Assembly (NCBI GenBank): GCA_963799845.1
Contig: CAWCYI010000006.1
Span: 64,001 to 128,000 of the forward strand
DNA length: 64,000 bases
Source: an uncultured Nitrososphaerota archaeon
GTDB lineage: Archaea; Thermoproteota; Nitrososphaeria; Nitrososphaerales; CADDZS01
Direction: 5' to 3'
The position numbers and the translations under genes were made by a program. Positions 33,321-43,492 of this stretch are shown here, piece after piece (position 1 is the first letter of the stretch; every line of letters starts with the position of its first letter). Under the pieces are notes generated by a model. It did not search any database. It was not told the origin of the DNA and saw only the letters and a list, made by a program, of their open reading frames with translations.

Positions 33321-34717
33321 TTTCTTCTTTTTTGCTGGAATATTGAATCCACCGCCTGTTGAAATTCATGTTGCTTTGCGATTGAAAACCTTGCACCCGC
33401 GGCGTTTTTGTGCCCCCCACCCACTCCTGAAGTTCCCGCGGCAATTTGCGAAAGAATCGCTCCCAAATCATAGCTCGTCATGTCTTTGCCAGACCTCGCG
33501 GAAATCTTCACATCGCCGTCGGCGGTTGTCGTTCTCACGAATACGACCTTGGTTCGAAATCGCGAATGAGAAGCGACAAACTGACAGATTGCCCCCGTCA
33601 TCTTTTCGCTGACGACCCCGTCGCCCACTATCATGGCATAGTCACCTTTCTCATTGATCCTGTCTTCACTCGAAAGTAAATTCTGAATAGATTTCACGAT
33701 CTCGACCCTGTAATCTGAGATCAACTGATCAGACTCGTTCGCAAGAACCTGCTCATCTCCCAGACATATTGAAAGGGCAATGCTCGGTTTTCCCATTCGG
33801 CTGCAAGCGTTGATCAATACGGCTAAGTCTCTTGCATCTCTTAGGGTGGAGTATTCATCCCTCGAGTTCAAACCATAGACACTTCCCACGAGATCTTCGA
33901 CCGTATAGGTTGTTCCTGAAAGATGTGGGACTATGGCTTCGAGCAGTTTCTGCTTCTCGTCTTCGCCGAACTCCGAAGCTGTCTTCCATCTGTTTCCTGC
34001 CCTAAGTTCGATCCCTGCTGCCCGTAGCGATGCAAGGCAGGCGTCCTTGTTGCCGGTCAGACCGGGAATAAAAATTGAAACAGTGTTTGCAATTGACTCG
34101 TGAACTGGTCTCGTTTCTCTACCCCATACCATTAGATCGTTTTTCGTGTCAATCCCACTTGAAAATTCTCCATCACCTTCGAGGATCTTTGCGTTCAGTC
34201 CTATCACGCTCCGGCGAGGCCCGACATCCTGCCTATCTCCAAGAGCACCCGTCAAAGCAAGAAATGAAAGACGGTCTGAGCGAGTCTTTGCGACTAGATA
34301 GCAGAGACCTGAAGAGCTGATGGAGGTATTCCCATCGATCCCAAACTGCCATGCATTTAGCTCATTTTCGATATCTAATTCGCTTTGTGGAATCTCATGG
34401 TGATCTATTATCAGCCATTTGTCACCAAATCTTTTGGATATTTCCTTCGAAAGACCGGAGCAGATGTCAACGAAGATGATGAGATCAAACTTCGAAGTAC
34501 CCAATCGATCCAAGAATCGAGAATTTGGCTCAGACACTGCCCTGAGCTGGCAGTGTCCCTTGTTCTTCTGAATGAACTCGCAGAGAATCGCCCCAGCGCA
34601 AATGCCATCGGCGTCGTGATGAGTAGCTATCAGAATATTTTCGTTGTTTTTTGCGCTAGTAATTATCCGATTTTCAAAAAGGCGAGCTTTTTCCAGAAGC
34701 GCTTGCTCGTCTGCCAT
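33317..34717 (-). CDS. DHH-family RecJ/Cdc45-like (GAN-type) phosphoesterase
   Basis: HHDADG, IDHH, GALGDRQD, GGGHKNAAGA; follows rps15. Confidence 0.85.
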   Translation of the reverse strand: MADEQALLEKARLFENRIITSAKNNENILIATHHDADGICAGAILCEFIQKNKGHCQLRAVSEPNSRFLDRLGTSKFDLIIFVDICSGLSKEISKRFGDKWLIIDHHEIPQSELDIENELNAWQFGIDGNTSISSSGLCYLVAKTRSDRLSFLALTGALGDRQDVGPRRSVIGLNAKILEGDGEFSSGIDTKNDLMVWGRETRPVHESIANTVSIFIPGLTGNKDACLASLRAAGIELRAGNRWKTASEFGEDEKQKLLEAIVPHLSGTTYTVEDLVGSVYGLNSRDEYSTLRDARDLAVLINACSRMGKPSIALSICLGDEQVLANESDQLISDYRVEIVKSIQNLLSSEDRINEKGDYAMIVGDGVVSEKMTGAICQFVASHSRFRTKVVFVRTTTADGDVKISARSGKDMTSYDLGAILSQIAAGTSGVGGGHKNAAGARFSIAKQHEFQQAVDSIFQQKRRN

Positions 34718-34746
34718 CGGCTATCCAGTTCTTGGGATCGCAATTA

Positions 34747-35196
34747 CTAGGCAAGTTGAGCAACAGCAGTTGCATATTTCCAAGAATTGGGCAATTTCTC
34801 GTGTTCTTTGTAATAACCCGAAAGACGGTGTATCTTCGCCTCAAGCAACTCGAGGGATCGGACATTTTTTCTATCGGCGTGATGATTTCCAAGATGGTCC
34901 TTTAATTTGGCGGCTCGTTCCACGAGTCGACCGAGATCCTCAGGAATTGTTTGTGGGTTCTTTCCCTCTTGAAGAACTTCGCTTATAGATTTTCCGAGGA
35001 AAGTCTTCGTGTTAGGAACTCCAAAATCGTCTCTTAGTCTCAGTCCAATCTGACTAGGTGCCAAACCCTCTTTTGCTAACTTCGAAATGTTCGCAACTAT
35101 CTCGTCCTGACTGTAATTCACCCAGCTCGGAGGACGCTTTGAGGATGGACGGGTTGATTGAGACTTGCCTCTTCGATGCGAATGTATTCGTGCCAA
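34747..35196 (-). CDS. rps15: 30S ribosomal protein S15
   Basis: ARIHSHRRGKS, SQIGLRLRD, PEDL, EAKIHRL; TTG start at 35196. Confidence 0.95.
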   Translation of the reverse strand: MARIHSHRRGKSQSTRPSSKRPPSWVNYSQDEIVANISKLAKEGLAPSQIGLRLRDDFGVPNTKTFLGKSISEVLQEGKNPQTIPEDLGRLVERAAKLKDHLGNHHADRKNVRSLELLEAKIHRLSGYYKEHEKLPNSWKYATAVAQLA

Positions 35197-35271
35197 TTGT
35201 TGAAGCAACAGAAACCGGAAATTATCCGAAATAAGCATTGCGCTGTTGAAAACGAGAAGAATCCTCCGGAG

Positions 35272-35901
35272 TCAAACAATTGCTTCCTTCGGTCTAAGAT
35301 CGGGATTCTTCTTCGATTCATTAAGGTACCATAAAGCAAGTTTTGAAATTGCCTTTGCCCGATGGGAGTAGATGGTTTTTTCCTTCATTTCCATCTCAGC
35401 AAAAGTTTTCGTGGTCCACATAGGAACGAAAATAGGATCAAAGCCGAATCCATTTTTTCCTCTGGGTTGAAGTTGAATTGTGCCTTCAGTTGCAGAAGAA
35501 AAATTCACAAACCACTTTCCATTTACACCGAAGGCGACGGAAGAGCGAAACTCTGCTTTTCTTGTCTTTGCCTCCTCTAGGAGTTTCAGAATGCCTTCGA
35601 AGCCCAGAGTCTCGAAAACAAATGAGCTATAAGGTCCTGGAAAGCCATTTAGTTGATGAATGAACAGCCCGGAATCTTCGACGAAAACCGGTTTGTCGGT
35701 TTTCGCAATGATGAGAGAAAGCGCAGTGGATGCGATCTCTTCAAGATCTGGGTGCTGGATTTCAATCTTCGAAAACTCTTCTAGTTTTTTTATTCCGATG
35801 CCGTATTGAGCCACAGCAGCTCTCGCCTCTTCGATCTTGTGATCGTTTCCCGTTGCAAAGAAGAATTCAATCAACTTGAGCGTATCTGCCCCTTCGCTCA
35901 A
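35272..35901 (-). CDS. rdgB: Non-canonical purine NTP pyrophosphatase (Ham1/RdgB)
   Basis: ATGNDHK, EDSGL, GFPGPYS, GFGFDPIF, SHR. Confidence 0.93.
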   Translation of the reverse strand: MSEGADTLKLIEFFFATGNDHKIEEARAAVAQYGIGIKKLEEFSKIEIQHPDLEEIASTALSLIIAKTDKPVFVEDSGLFIHQLNGFPGPYSSFVFETLGFEGILKLLEEAKTRKAEFRSSVAFGVNGKWFVNFSSATEGTIQLQPRGKNGFGFDPIFVPMWTTKTFAEMEMKEKTIYSHRAKAISKLALWYLNESKKNPDLRPKEAIV

Positions 35902-36517
35902 TTTTTGATATTTGCCCCTTAACTATCATGGTGATTTTCTCTCCGGCCTCCGATTCGTAACCTTTCATGACGTCTTCAAACTCACTGCTAGCATTTCTCG
36001 TCGAGTCCGAGCTCCTCAGGGCTTGCTTTAGGAGATGAAGGTCTTCTGCCCTATCTTCAATTCTATCCGAGATGAATGCAAGACCAAAATCGATTAGAAC
36101 CATTCCTTCTTCCGCGAGGATTACGTTCTTTGTGGTCAAATCCCCGTGAATGATTCCCTTCGCGTGAAGCTTGGCAGCGTACTGCCCGAGTCGCTGGTAT
36201 TTCTCCTTTTTCCGGAACTGCTTGTCATTTGTGGCGTCCTTCAACAAAACTCCCGTGACGTATTCCATTATGATCTCGCTTGATTCCGGATCTGCAAAAA
36301 ATATCTTAGGGCAGTCGACTCCAGCGAGTTTGGCCGCGTGAAGGATCTCGACTTCTTCTCTAGTTCTTCTTACCCTCAATTGCTTGTCCAATGCTTCAAT
36401 TCGATATGCTTTCGGAATCCTTGTCTTTCTAATGACAACTTGTCCGTACCAGTCGATGAGGTCGATTCGTGCTTCAGCACCAAGAACCGGAGTAAAATCA
36501 TGAAGATCGTCAAGCAA
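35867..36517 (-). CDS. bud32: KEOPS kinase Bud32
   Basis: GAEA, HGDLTTKN, IDFGL, RGRY. Confidence 0.93.
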   Translation of the reverse strand: MLDDLHDFTPVLGAEARIDLIDWYGQVVIRKTRIPKAYRIEALDKQLRVRRTREEVEILHAAKLAGVDCPKIFFADPESSEIIMEYVTGVLLKDATNDKQFRKKEKYQRLGQYAAKLHAKGIIHGDLTTKNVILAEEGMVLIDFGLAFISDRIEDRAEDLHLLKQALRSSDSTRNASSEFEDVMKGYESEAGEKITMIVKGQISKIERRGRYAQVD

Positions 36518-37556
36518 GAGCTTTTACTGTCCTTCTATTACCGCCATTCAATTCGACTCGATCAATTCTCCACGACTGCCTGACGAAGGCTTCTTTGACT
36601 GAAACTGCGCAGCCGTTTTCATAGAACAAGAATCCAGCGGCAGAAATCTGTGACCCACAATCTCCTGCAAATTGCTTCGGGATTACTCCAAGCTTTACTC
36701 CTCTCCCATCACACATGACTTGAAGCATCCTAGAGAGCCTCTGATTTGCAGCGACTCCTCCAGTGACAAGCAGTTCGGATTTGTCCGTGAATGCAAGAGC
36801 TCTTTCCGTCGCTTCTGTCAGTATGGCAAAAGCAGTCTCCTGCACTGCAAAGGAAACAGCTTCTTTGGATTCTCCCTTAGAAAAGGAATCCTTCGCTGCG
36901 GAGAGTAAACCGGAATAGGAAACGTCATTACCTTTAATCGTGTAAGGCAGGATCAGCAGTCGTTCTCCCTCAGGATCAAATTGTGAAGCTAGAGCCTCGA
37001 TTTTCGCGCCAGCAGGAGAACTCAAACCGAAATGTCGCCCTAATTGATCTAGAAGTTGTCCTAAAGTCAAATCGAGAGTTTCGCCGTAAATTTTCCAGCC
37101 CTCGGAGCTCCTAGCAGCAATCAGTGTATGACCTCCAGAAATGAGCAGAACAAGAGGGTCTCGTAGAACTGTAAGCCACCTTCCGAGCTCGATATGTCCT
37201 ATCGCATGATTTGTTGGTACTATCTCTTTTCCAAAATAAGACGCTAGCGATCTCGCTGCAACTGCACCAACTCTCAAACACGGTCCCAGGCCTGGACCAG
37301 CGGAATAAGCGATGAAATCAAGATCCTTCACGTTCATTTTCGCGTTCTCAAGTGCACTCCGTATGACGCTCGAACAAGTTTCGACATGGTGCCTTGAAGC
37401 CTCTCTTGGATGAATTCCCGATCCTTCAGGCGCTCGGTAAACATCTTTTGCATCGGACAGAATCCTAAACTCAGAATCTTCTAGTTCCGAGACTCCAGCT
37501 CCAAAAGTATGGGCGGTGCTCTCTATGCCAAGGCAGAACAATCGTTTTTGCCTCAA
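36510..37556 (-). CDS. kae1: t6A synthase Kae1
   Basis: GIESTAHT, GIHPREA, NHAIGHIE, GETLD, GGVAAN. Confidence 0.95.
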   Translation of the reverse strand: MRQKRLFCLGIESTAHTFGAGVSELEDSEFRILSDAKDVYRAPEGSGIHPREASRHHVETCSSVIRSALENAKMNVKDLDFIAYSAGPGLGPCLRVGAVAARSLASYFGKEIVPTNHAIGHIELGRWLTVLRDPLVLLISGGHTLIAARSSEGWKIYGETLDLTLGQLLDQLGRHFGLSSPAGAKIEALASQFDPEGERLLILPYTIKGNDVSYSGLLSAAKDSFSKGESKEAVSFAVQETAFAILTEATERALAFTDKSELLVTGGVAANQRLSRMLQVMCDGRGVKLGVIPKQFAGDCGSQISAAGFLFYENGCAVSVKEAFVRQSWRIDRVELNGGNRRTVKALA

Positions 37557-38122
37557 GGCTTGCGCGATTTGCGGTAAAGATTTCCTAGGATCTCGATGTA
37601 GGGCTTTACGTCGATTAGAAAATCATCGAATTTTGCCCTCTCGAACTTGGTCTGTGACTTGCCGTTTTTCATAGTCTTCTTTTCAACCAGAACAATTCCG
37701 GAGCTCCTTTCGGCATCCTTGCTCAGGTTAGGAAAATAGATCAGAACGCCGTAGCCAATTTTTTCTTGACCCTTCGAGAATACAAGATTATAATACATGT
37801 TCATCGTCTTGACGAACTGTCGAAGCTGCTTCTTTCTGCTTTCAGATCTCTTAACCGTGTCGAAATCCTGCTTTGCCAGGCGGTCTACCAGCTCCTTCAA
37901 AGAATCGAGCTCTGTTATTTTCTTCGCATATCCTTCGAGTTCGATCGGTAGTTCGTAAACTGAATGCATGATATCCTCCCATTCGCTGATCTGAGAAAAC
38001 CTCTGACTCATTCGTAACCTTCCAGTATGCGGGTCCTCCTCAACACCCATTTCCCTCCTCAACTCTTCATTCAGTATATCCTCGACTTTCAGGCCCTTCA
38101 GCTGGGATTTCCGGCTAGACAT
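37553..38122 (-). CDS. Conserved hypothetical protein
   Basis: Long charged ORF, 4-nt overlap with the kae1 start. Confidence 0.65.
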   Translation of the reverse strand: MSSRKSQLKGLKVEDILNEELRREMGVEEDPHTGRLRMSQRFSQISEWEDIMHSVYELPIELEGYAKKITELDSLKELVDRLAKQDFDTVKRSESRKKQLRQFVKTMNMYYNLVFSKGQEKIGYGVLIYFPNLSKDAERSSGIVLVEKKTMKNGKSQTKFERAKFDDFLIDVKPYIEILGNLYRKSRKP

Positions 38123-38185
38123 TCGGCTACGATCATTCAGAGATTTTTCCCTACAGATATGCATTTTTGAGCCGCCTGCCAAGCT

Positions 38186-38644
38186 TTGGCTTGCTCTATT
38201 AGAAACGTGAAGCTTTTGTTGGAATTCTCATCTGTAACTGTTTCCTTTTTCGTGCATTCCACTGAAGATGAACCTAGGCTCTTGGAAACTGTACAGGCAA
38301 GATTGGGTATTCAAGAAGAAGAGATGAAAAAAGAGAAAATTCTCGGGTATTTTGGCAACGAGATAGTTTCCGTTAGAGCGCATATTATAGGACAGAGGAC
38401 TCAGACAATCTCTGACTTGATCTTCAGCTCATTATCGAAAACTGCGAGGACCCTGCTGCTTTCTGAAATCGACAAATCGCTGGATGAACATGACTCGCTT
38501 TATCTTCGACTAGATAGACAGAGCTTGAGCGATCCGGAGATTTCCCTTTCCGACGATGAGCCCATCAGAGTGAAATTGAAACCGAAAAGCAGATTCGGTG
38601 GCAGATCGTCCATGAAAGAAGAGTATGAGGAGCTAATCAGATGA
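38186..38644 (+). CDS. RNA-binding protein DUF54 family
   Basis: HSTED, GYFGN.I, LYLRLDRQ. Confidence 0.8.
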   Translation: MACSIRNVKLLLEFSSVTVSFFVHSTEDEPRLLETVQARLGIQEEEMKKEKILGYFGNEIVSVRAHIIGQRTQTISDLIFSSLSKTARTLLLSEIDKSLDEHDSLYLRLDRQSLSDPEISLSDDEPIRVKLKPKSRFGGRSSMKEEYEELIR

Positions 38645-38847
38645 GAGACAAGAAAAGGTATGTCCTATTGAGGAACTATCCAAAGCAAATGCCCGAGAAT
38701 TCGAAGTTTCTCTTTCAGAATTCAAGAGGATTCATTATCAAAACAGATCTGAAGGGTGCGGAGCTCCTCAGAAAAGAAGCTATTCTGATTTCTGGATCCG
38801 TCTGGAAATTGAAGCAACCCAAACCTCTTTATCCGAAGAAGGAGTAG
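38641..38847 (+). CDS. Miniaturised Pop5/Rpp14-like RNase P protein
   Basis: RDKKRYV at the N-terminus, IIKT, ISGSV.KLK; only 68 aa. Confidence 0.5.
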   Translation: MRDKKRYVLLRNYPKQMPENSKFLFQNSRGFIIKTDLKGAELLRKEAILISGSVWKLKQPKPLYPKKE

Positions 38848-39038
38848 AAGGATGTGGGATGAAGTGAATCGCCGTCCCAGACTGATCCCAATCTAGAAAT
38901 AGCTCCTTTGGGAAAATGAAGAACTCGCGACGATACTGACCAGACATTTGACCAATTTTTTTCGGATTCTTGATCGCAGCTGTTTTTTGCGTAACAGGCT
39001 GAGGTCATCTTTAAATTGGGCTCAGAGAGCGTAGCTTT

Positions 39039-40082
39039 TTGAGCAGCTATTTGGCCGTTCTTGAGAAAACGAGACTACAGGAAATAGTATCCAATTTTGG
39101 TGGGAAATCCGTCCTTGTAGTCGGCGACCTGATGGTTGACAGGTATCAATCAATTATTGCTCGCAAGATTTCGCGTGAAGCTCCGGTTCCCGTCGGAGAT
39201 CTTCAGGGCGAACGATTGAGTCTTGGAGGAGCCGGCAATCTTGCGAATAATGTGTTGGCGCTTGGAGGGAAAGCACAAGTACTTGGATTTGTTGGTGAGG
39301 ACTCTCAGGGCGACTGGATTCGCAAGGCCTTATCAGATTCTGGAGTTGATGTGTCCGGAATCGAATCGTTCAAGCGTCCGACGACTTTGAAAACGAGATA
39401 CATAGTGAATGGCTTTCAGGTTCTAAGAGTAGACCGAGAAGTTAGGTCAGACATTGATATTGAGCTCAGCGACCGGCTTTTGAAGCACGCCGATGCTTTC
39501 ATTGCTAACTGCGACATTTTGGCGATCGCAGATTACGACAAGGGTACCATCACTTCATACCTGATCGACGCCTTGGTTGCTTCCGCGAAAAAGTCTGGAA
39601 AGAGAATAATTGCGCAGCCCAAAGTCAAGCACTACCTTGACTTCAGGGAAGTAGATTACGTAAAGTCAAATGAACGTGAAGCGAGCATTGCAACCGGGAT
39701 CTCCGTTCTGAATGAGACTGGCCTGAGGAACATCGCCACAAATCTCACGACCAGACTAAAGTGTAAAGCAATCGTATTAACGAGGTCGGAAAGGGGTATT
39801 ACAGTGTTTGAAGAGAATTATATGACAACAATTCCGCCGATGTTACCGCCAAATGAATTCGCAAGGCCAGTCGGTGTTCGAGATGCGATGACTTCTGTTC
39901 TTGCACTCTCTATAGCTTCAAGTGCTAACGCGGTCGAGGGAGCCGCCCTGAGCAATTTGGCAGCTGCCATTCGTGGAGAGCGGGCTGGCACAATTGTTGT
40001 CAGTTCAAAAGACATGATGCAAAATCTAGACAATGCTGAAAAGATACTCGACAAGATAGTCCGAGTCCCAATAAGACGTTAG
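39039..40082 (+). CDS. PfkB-family sugar kinase (HldE/RfaE domain I-like)
   Basis: GDLMVDRY, ISREAPVPV, GGAGN, DYDKG. Confidence 0.8.
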   Translation: MSSYLAVLEKTRLQEIVSNFGGKSVLVVGDLMVDRYQSIIARKISREAPVPVGDLQGERLSLGGAGNLANNVLALGGKAQVLGFVGEDSQGDWIRKALSDSGVDVSGIESFKRPTTLKTRYIVNGFQVLRVDREVRSDIDIELSDRLLKHADAFIANCDILAIADYDKGTITSYLIDALVASAKKSGKRIIAQPKVKHYLDFREVDYVKSNEREASIATGISVLNETGLRNIATNLTTRLKCKAIVLTRSERGITVFEENYMTTIPPMLPPNEFARPVGVRDAMTSVLALSIASSANAVEGAALSNLAAAIRGERAGTIVVSSKDMMQNLDNAEKILDKIVRVPIRR

Positions 40083-40131
40083 CTCTAAAAGCAATTAAGA
40101 GAGCGCATTTATTGGGGGGTCGCATCGAGTA

Positions 40132-40959
40132 GTGGAATTGCATGACGAAGCTTCGATCAGGCGTCTTGAGGAAATTTCGAGCAATACCAGAAAATTGATT
40201 TTGCAGACGCTCGCCGAAGCGAAATCCGGTCATCCTGGCGGGTCTCTTTCGGCGGTCGAGTTGCTTGTTGCCCTTTACTTCGGCGTAATGCATCACAACC
40301 CGAAGAATCCAAAATGGCCCGACAGAGATAGGTTCATTCTTTCAAAGGGACATGCGGCTCCACTACTTTATTCGATCCTGGCTCAGCAGGGATATTTTCC
40401 AATTGAGGAGCTAAAAACGCTGCGTAAAATCAACAGCATGCTACAGGGTCATCCCGATACTAAGAAGACTCCCGGAGTTGAAATGTGCGCTGGCTCGGAA
40501 GGTGTTGGGCTTTCAGTTGCAATCGGCGAAGCCCTCGCTGCGAGGATTGACAAGAAAGATTACCGAGTCTACGTGATGATGGGGGACGGCGAAATGGAAG
40601 AAGGCCAGATATGGGAAGCAGCCATGTGTGCATCCAAATACGGTTTGGACAACATTACAGCGATTGTAGATCGCAACGGAATCCAGCAGGATGGCTTGAC
40701 GGAGACGATAATGCCAATCGAACCGCTCAATTCCAAGTGGAAGGCGTTCAACTGGAATGTTCTGGAGGTGGACGGCTATGATTTCAACCAGATCCTTGGA
40801 GCCTTTGAGAGAGCAAAGCAGGTTCGCAATCGTCCAACCATAATAATTGCTCATACAACCAAAGGAAAGGGCGTAGAGTTCATGGAGTGGTCGCCGGAAT
40901 ATCACGGTAAAGTCCCGGATAAAGAAACGGTCAGCAAGATTATCAAAGAAATGAAGTGA
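40132..40959 (+). CDS. Transketolase N-terminal subunit
   Basis: SGHPGGSLS, DRFILSKGH, LQGHP, GDGE TPP motif. Confidence 0.93.
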   Translation: MELHDEASIRRLEEISSNTRKLILQTLAEAKSGHPGGSLSAVELLVALYFGVMHHNPKNPKWPDRDRFILSKGHAAPLLYSILAQQGYFPIEELKTLRKINSMLQGHPDTKKTPGVEMCAGSEGVGLSVAIGEALAARIDKKDYRVYVMMGDGEMEEGQIWEAAMCASKYGLDNITAIVDRNGIQQDGLTETIMPIEPLNSKWKAFNWNVLEVDGYDFNQILGAFERAKQVRNRPTIIIAHTTKGKGVEFMEWSPEYHGKVPDKETVSKIIKEMK

Positions 40960-40963
40960 CCAC

Positions 40964-41623
40964 ATGGCTAAGATAGCTCCTTCGATAGCTGCCGGCGACC
41001 AGGGAAATCTGTCCTCGGAAGCGGCTGATCTGCAGGATTGGGGAGCGGATTGGATCCACGTGGATATAATGGACGGGGTATTTGCTCCGAATCTGACCTT
41101 TGGCCCGGCAGCAGTCAAGGCGATCCGCAACTCATGTAAAATTCCATTAGATTGTCATCTTATGATCTCCAATCCTGAACTCTTTTGCGAACGATTCTTG
41201 CAGGCGGGCGGAGATATTATGACTGTTCACGCGGAGACTCTTACTCCGGAATCCCTCGTCAGAATAGAAAAAAAAGTAAAGGATTATAATGCAAAGTTAG
41301 GCGTCGCCTTCAAGCCAGCGACCGATCTATCTTCAATTGATCTCTCTGGGCGGGATATTTCTTTGATAACTGTCATGACAGTGAATCCAGGATTTTCAGG
41401 ACAAAAATTCATGCCGGAAGTTCTTCCCAAAGTCGAGAAAGCTCGTGAGCTATTCCCGAATAAGAGCGAAACGGAAATCGAAGTCGACGGAGGAGTGGAC
41501 ACGAGCAATGCGAAACTGATTGCGGAAAAGGGTGCCACAGTTCTAGTGGCAGGAAATTCCGTGTTTGGACAGAAAAATCCGGAGGCTGCACTAATGGAGT
41601 TGAAAATGCTAGTTGGAAGTTAG
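40964..41623 (+). CDS. rpe: Ribulose-phosphate 3-epimerase
   Basis: IAPS, HVDIMDG, DCHLM, MTVNPGFSGQ, VDGG. Confidence 0.95.
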   Translation: MAKIAPSIAAGDQGNLSSEAADLQDWGADWIHVDIMDGVFAPNLTFGPAAVKAIRNSCKIPLDCHLMISNPELFCERFLQAGGDIMTVHAETLTPESLVRIEKKVKDYNAKLGVAFKPATDLSSIDLSGRDISLITVMTVNPGFSGQKFMPEVLPKVEKARELFPNKSETEIEVDGGVDTSNAKLIAEKGATVLVAGNSVFGQKNPEAALMELKMLVGS

Positions 41624-42608
41624 TAACTTGGCAGAAGTCTTCAGTAGAATCGAAAAACCAAAGATGGGTTCGATGAGGGATTCGTACGGAGAAACTCTCA
41701 CAAGGCTAGGGTCTGAAAACGAGAGCATTGTCGTGGTCGGTGCCGATACTACGGGTTCGATAAAGACGTCTATTTTTGGGCAAAAATTTCCCGAGCGATT
41801 TTTCAATGTAGGAATTGCCGAGCAGAACATGATTTCAGTCGCCGCGGGGCTTGCTATGGCTGGAAAGGTCTCGTTTGCGAGTACTTACGCGGTATTTGCC
41901 CCTGGCAAGTGCGTCGATCAATTGAGAAACGCGATTGCCTATCCGGAAATTGATGTCAAACTAGTGGCTTCCCATGCAGGGATTAGCGTTGGCCCAGACG
42001 GAGCATCGCATCAAGAGCTGGAAGATATTGCAACAATGCGAGCCATCCCGCACATGAAAGTAATGGTCCCGTCGGACTCTATTTCCACCTCGAGGATTAT
42101 CGAGATCATTTCAAAGCATCCAGGCCCTTTCTACGTTAGAATTGCGAGACCCAATATCCCAACCGTCTATTCGCAAAAAGAAGGAGAGGAAATGAAGGTC
42201 GGTGGATCAACAGTCTTCAACGAAGGAAGCGATGCGACTATTTTTGCTTGCGGTCTAATGGTTTACGAAGCTTTGGTCGCTTCAAGAAAGCTCGCAAGCG
42301 AAAAGGGGCTGTCAGTGGGTGTCATCGATTTGTACTCTGTCAAACCGATTGATACCGAAGTTATCATAAAATATGCAAAGATGTCAGGCAATGTTGTCAC
42401 CGCAGAAGAACACAACATCATTGGAGGCCTCGGAGGAGCTGTTGCAGAGATACTCGGAGAAAATTATCCCACTCCGATGAAACGAGTTGGTACGATGGAC
42501 ACGTTTGGCGAATCCGGTGAGGATAAAGAACTCATGATCAAATATGGATTGACAGCAAATAATATAGCAAACAAGGTACTCGAAGTGCGTTCAATTTCAA
42601 GAAAGTGA
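41613..42608 (+). CDS. Transketolase C-terminal subunit
   Basis: GIAEQNM, GPDGASHQ, EEHNIIGGLG. Confidence 0.93.
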   Translation: MEVSNLAEVFSRIEKPKMGSMRDSYGETLTRLGSENESIVVVGADTTGSIKTSIFGQKFPERFFNVGIAEQNMISVAAGLAMAGKVSFASTYAVFAPGKCVDQLRNAIAYPEIDVKLVASHAGISVGPDGASHQELEDIATMRAIPHMKVMVPSDSISTSRIIEIISKHPGPFYVRIARPNIPTVYSQKEGEEMKVGGSTVFNEGSDATIFACGLMVYEALVASRKLASEKGLSVGVIDLYSVKPIDTEVIIKYAKMSGNVVTAEEHNIIGGLGGAVAEILGENYPTPMKRVGTMDTFGESGEDKELMIKYGLTANNIANKVLEVRSISRK

Positions 42609-43291
42609 GGGCGAAGTTTTTGAAAATATTTTTGGACACAGCAAACCTGGATCAGATTAAGAAATACTACGATCTTGGACTTGTTGATGGAGTAACGACG
42701 AACCCGACGCTTTTGTCAAAAGAGAATGTCGATCCTCAAGAAATCATGGCAGAAATCGTCAGATTCGTCCGAGGTCCTGTTAGTCTTGAAGTAATAAGCA
42801 CAGAATATGACGGCATGATGGAGGAAGGAAGAAATCTTTCTCACTATGGAAAAAATGTAGTAGTAAAAATCCCGATGACGGCACACGGCCTGAAAGCCGT
42901 CAAGCAGCTCAAAAGTGAAGGAATCCGAACCAACGTTACGCTGATCTTTTCTCCCAATCAAGCGCTGCTCGCCGCGAAGGCGGGTGCAAGTTACGTCAGC
43001 CCCTTCATCGGAAGACTAGATGATATCGGCGAGATTGGCATGGACGTTATCCGCGACACAGTCGAAATTTTCAAGAATTACAGCTATGACGCGGAAGTAC
43101 TCGTCGCGAGTGTCAGACATCCGCTCCACGTCATCGATGCCGCAAAATTAGGCGCTCATGTGGTCACACTTCCTCCAGATGTGCTGGGAAAAATGATTAA
43201 CCATCCGCTTACCGATATGGGGCTGGCAAAGTTCCTTGACGATTGGAAAAAACTAAAGCAGACTAATCCGAAGATTGCTTTGACTACCTGA
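42605..43291 (+). CDS. tal: Transaldolase / fructose-6-phosphate aldolase
   Basis: IFLDTAN, GVTTNP, VVKIP, SPFIGRLDD. Confidence 0.9.
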   Translation: MRAKFLKIFLDTANLDQIKKYYDLGLVDGVTTNPTLLSKENVDPQEIMAEIVRFVRGPVSLEVISTEYDGMMEEGRNLSHYGKNVVVKIPMTAHGLKAVKQLKSEGIRTNVTLIFSPNQALLAAKAGASYVSPFIGRLDDIGEIGMDVIRDTVEIFKNYSYDAEVLVASVRHPLHVIDAAKLGAHVVTLPPDVLGKMINHPLTDMGLAKFLDDWKKLKQTNPKIALTT

Positions 43292-43309
43292 ACTGTGGGA
43301 TAAATAGAA

Positions 43310-43492
43310 TTGAACAACTACTGCGACAATGAAAAAAAGGTCACTTCATTCATTTTGAGGCGGAGTAACGAGGGCACGGTTTGGGAGTGCGAAAGCTGCC
43401 AATTTATCGTGCACGATCTTGCTAAGTACAAGGATAATTACAATGGGCTGCCAGCTGCCGAAGAAAAGGCAAAACAGCCGAGCTTTCTTTAG
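43310..43492 (+). CDS. Small zinc-ribbon hypothetical protein
   Basis: YCDNE...WECESC. Confidence 0.45.
   Translation: MNNYCDNEKKVTSFILRRSNEGTVWECESCQFIVHDLAKYKDNYNGLPAAEEKAKQPSFL

Noticed and set aside
39039-43291. Pentose phosphate cluster and cofEDC as novelties
   Set aside because: Both are expected in Nitrososphaerota-type archaea
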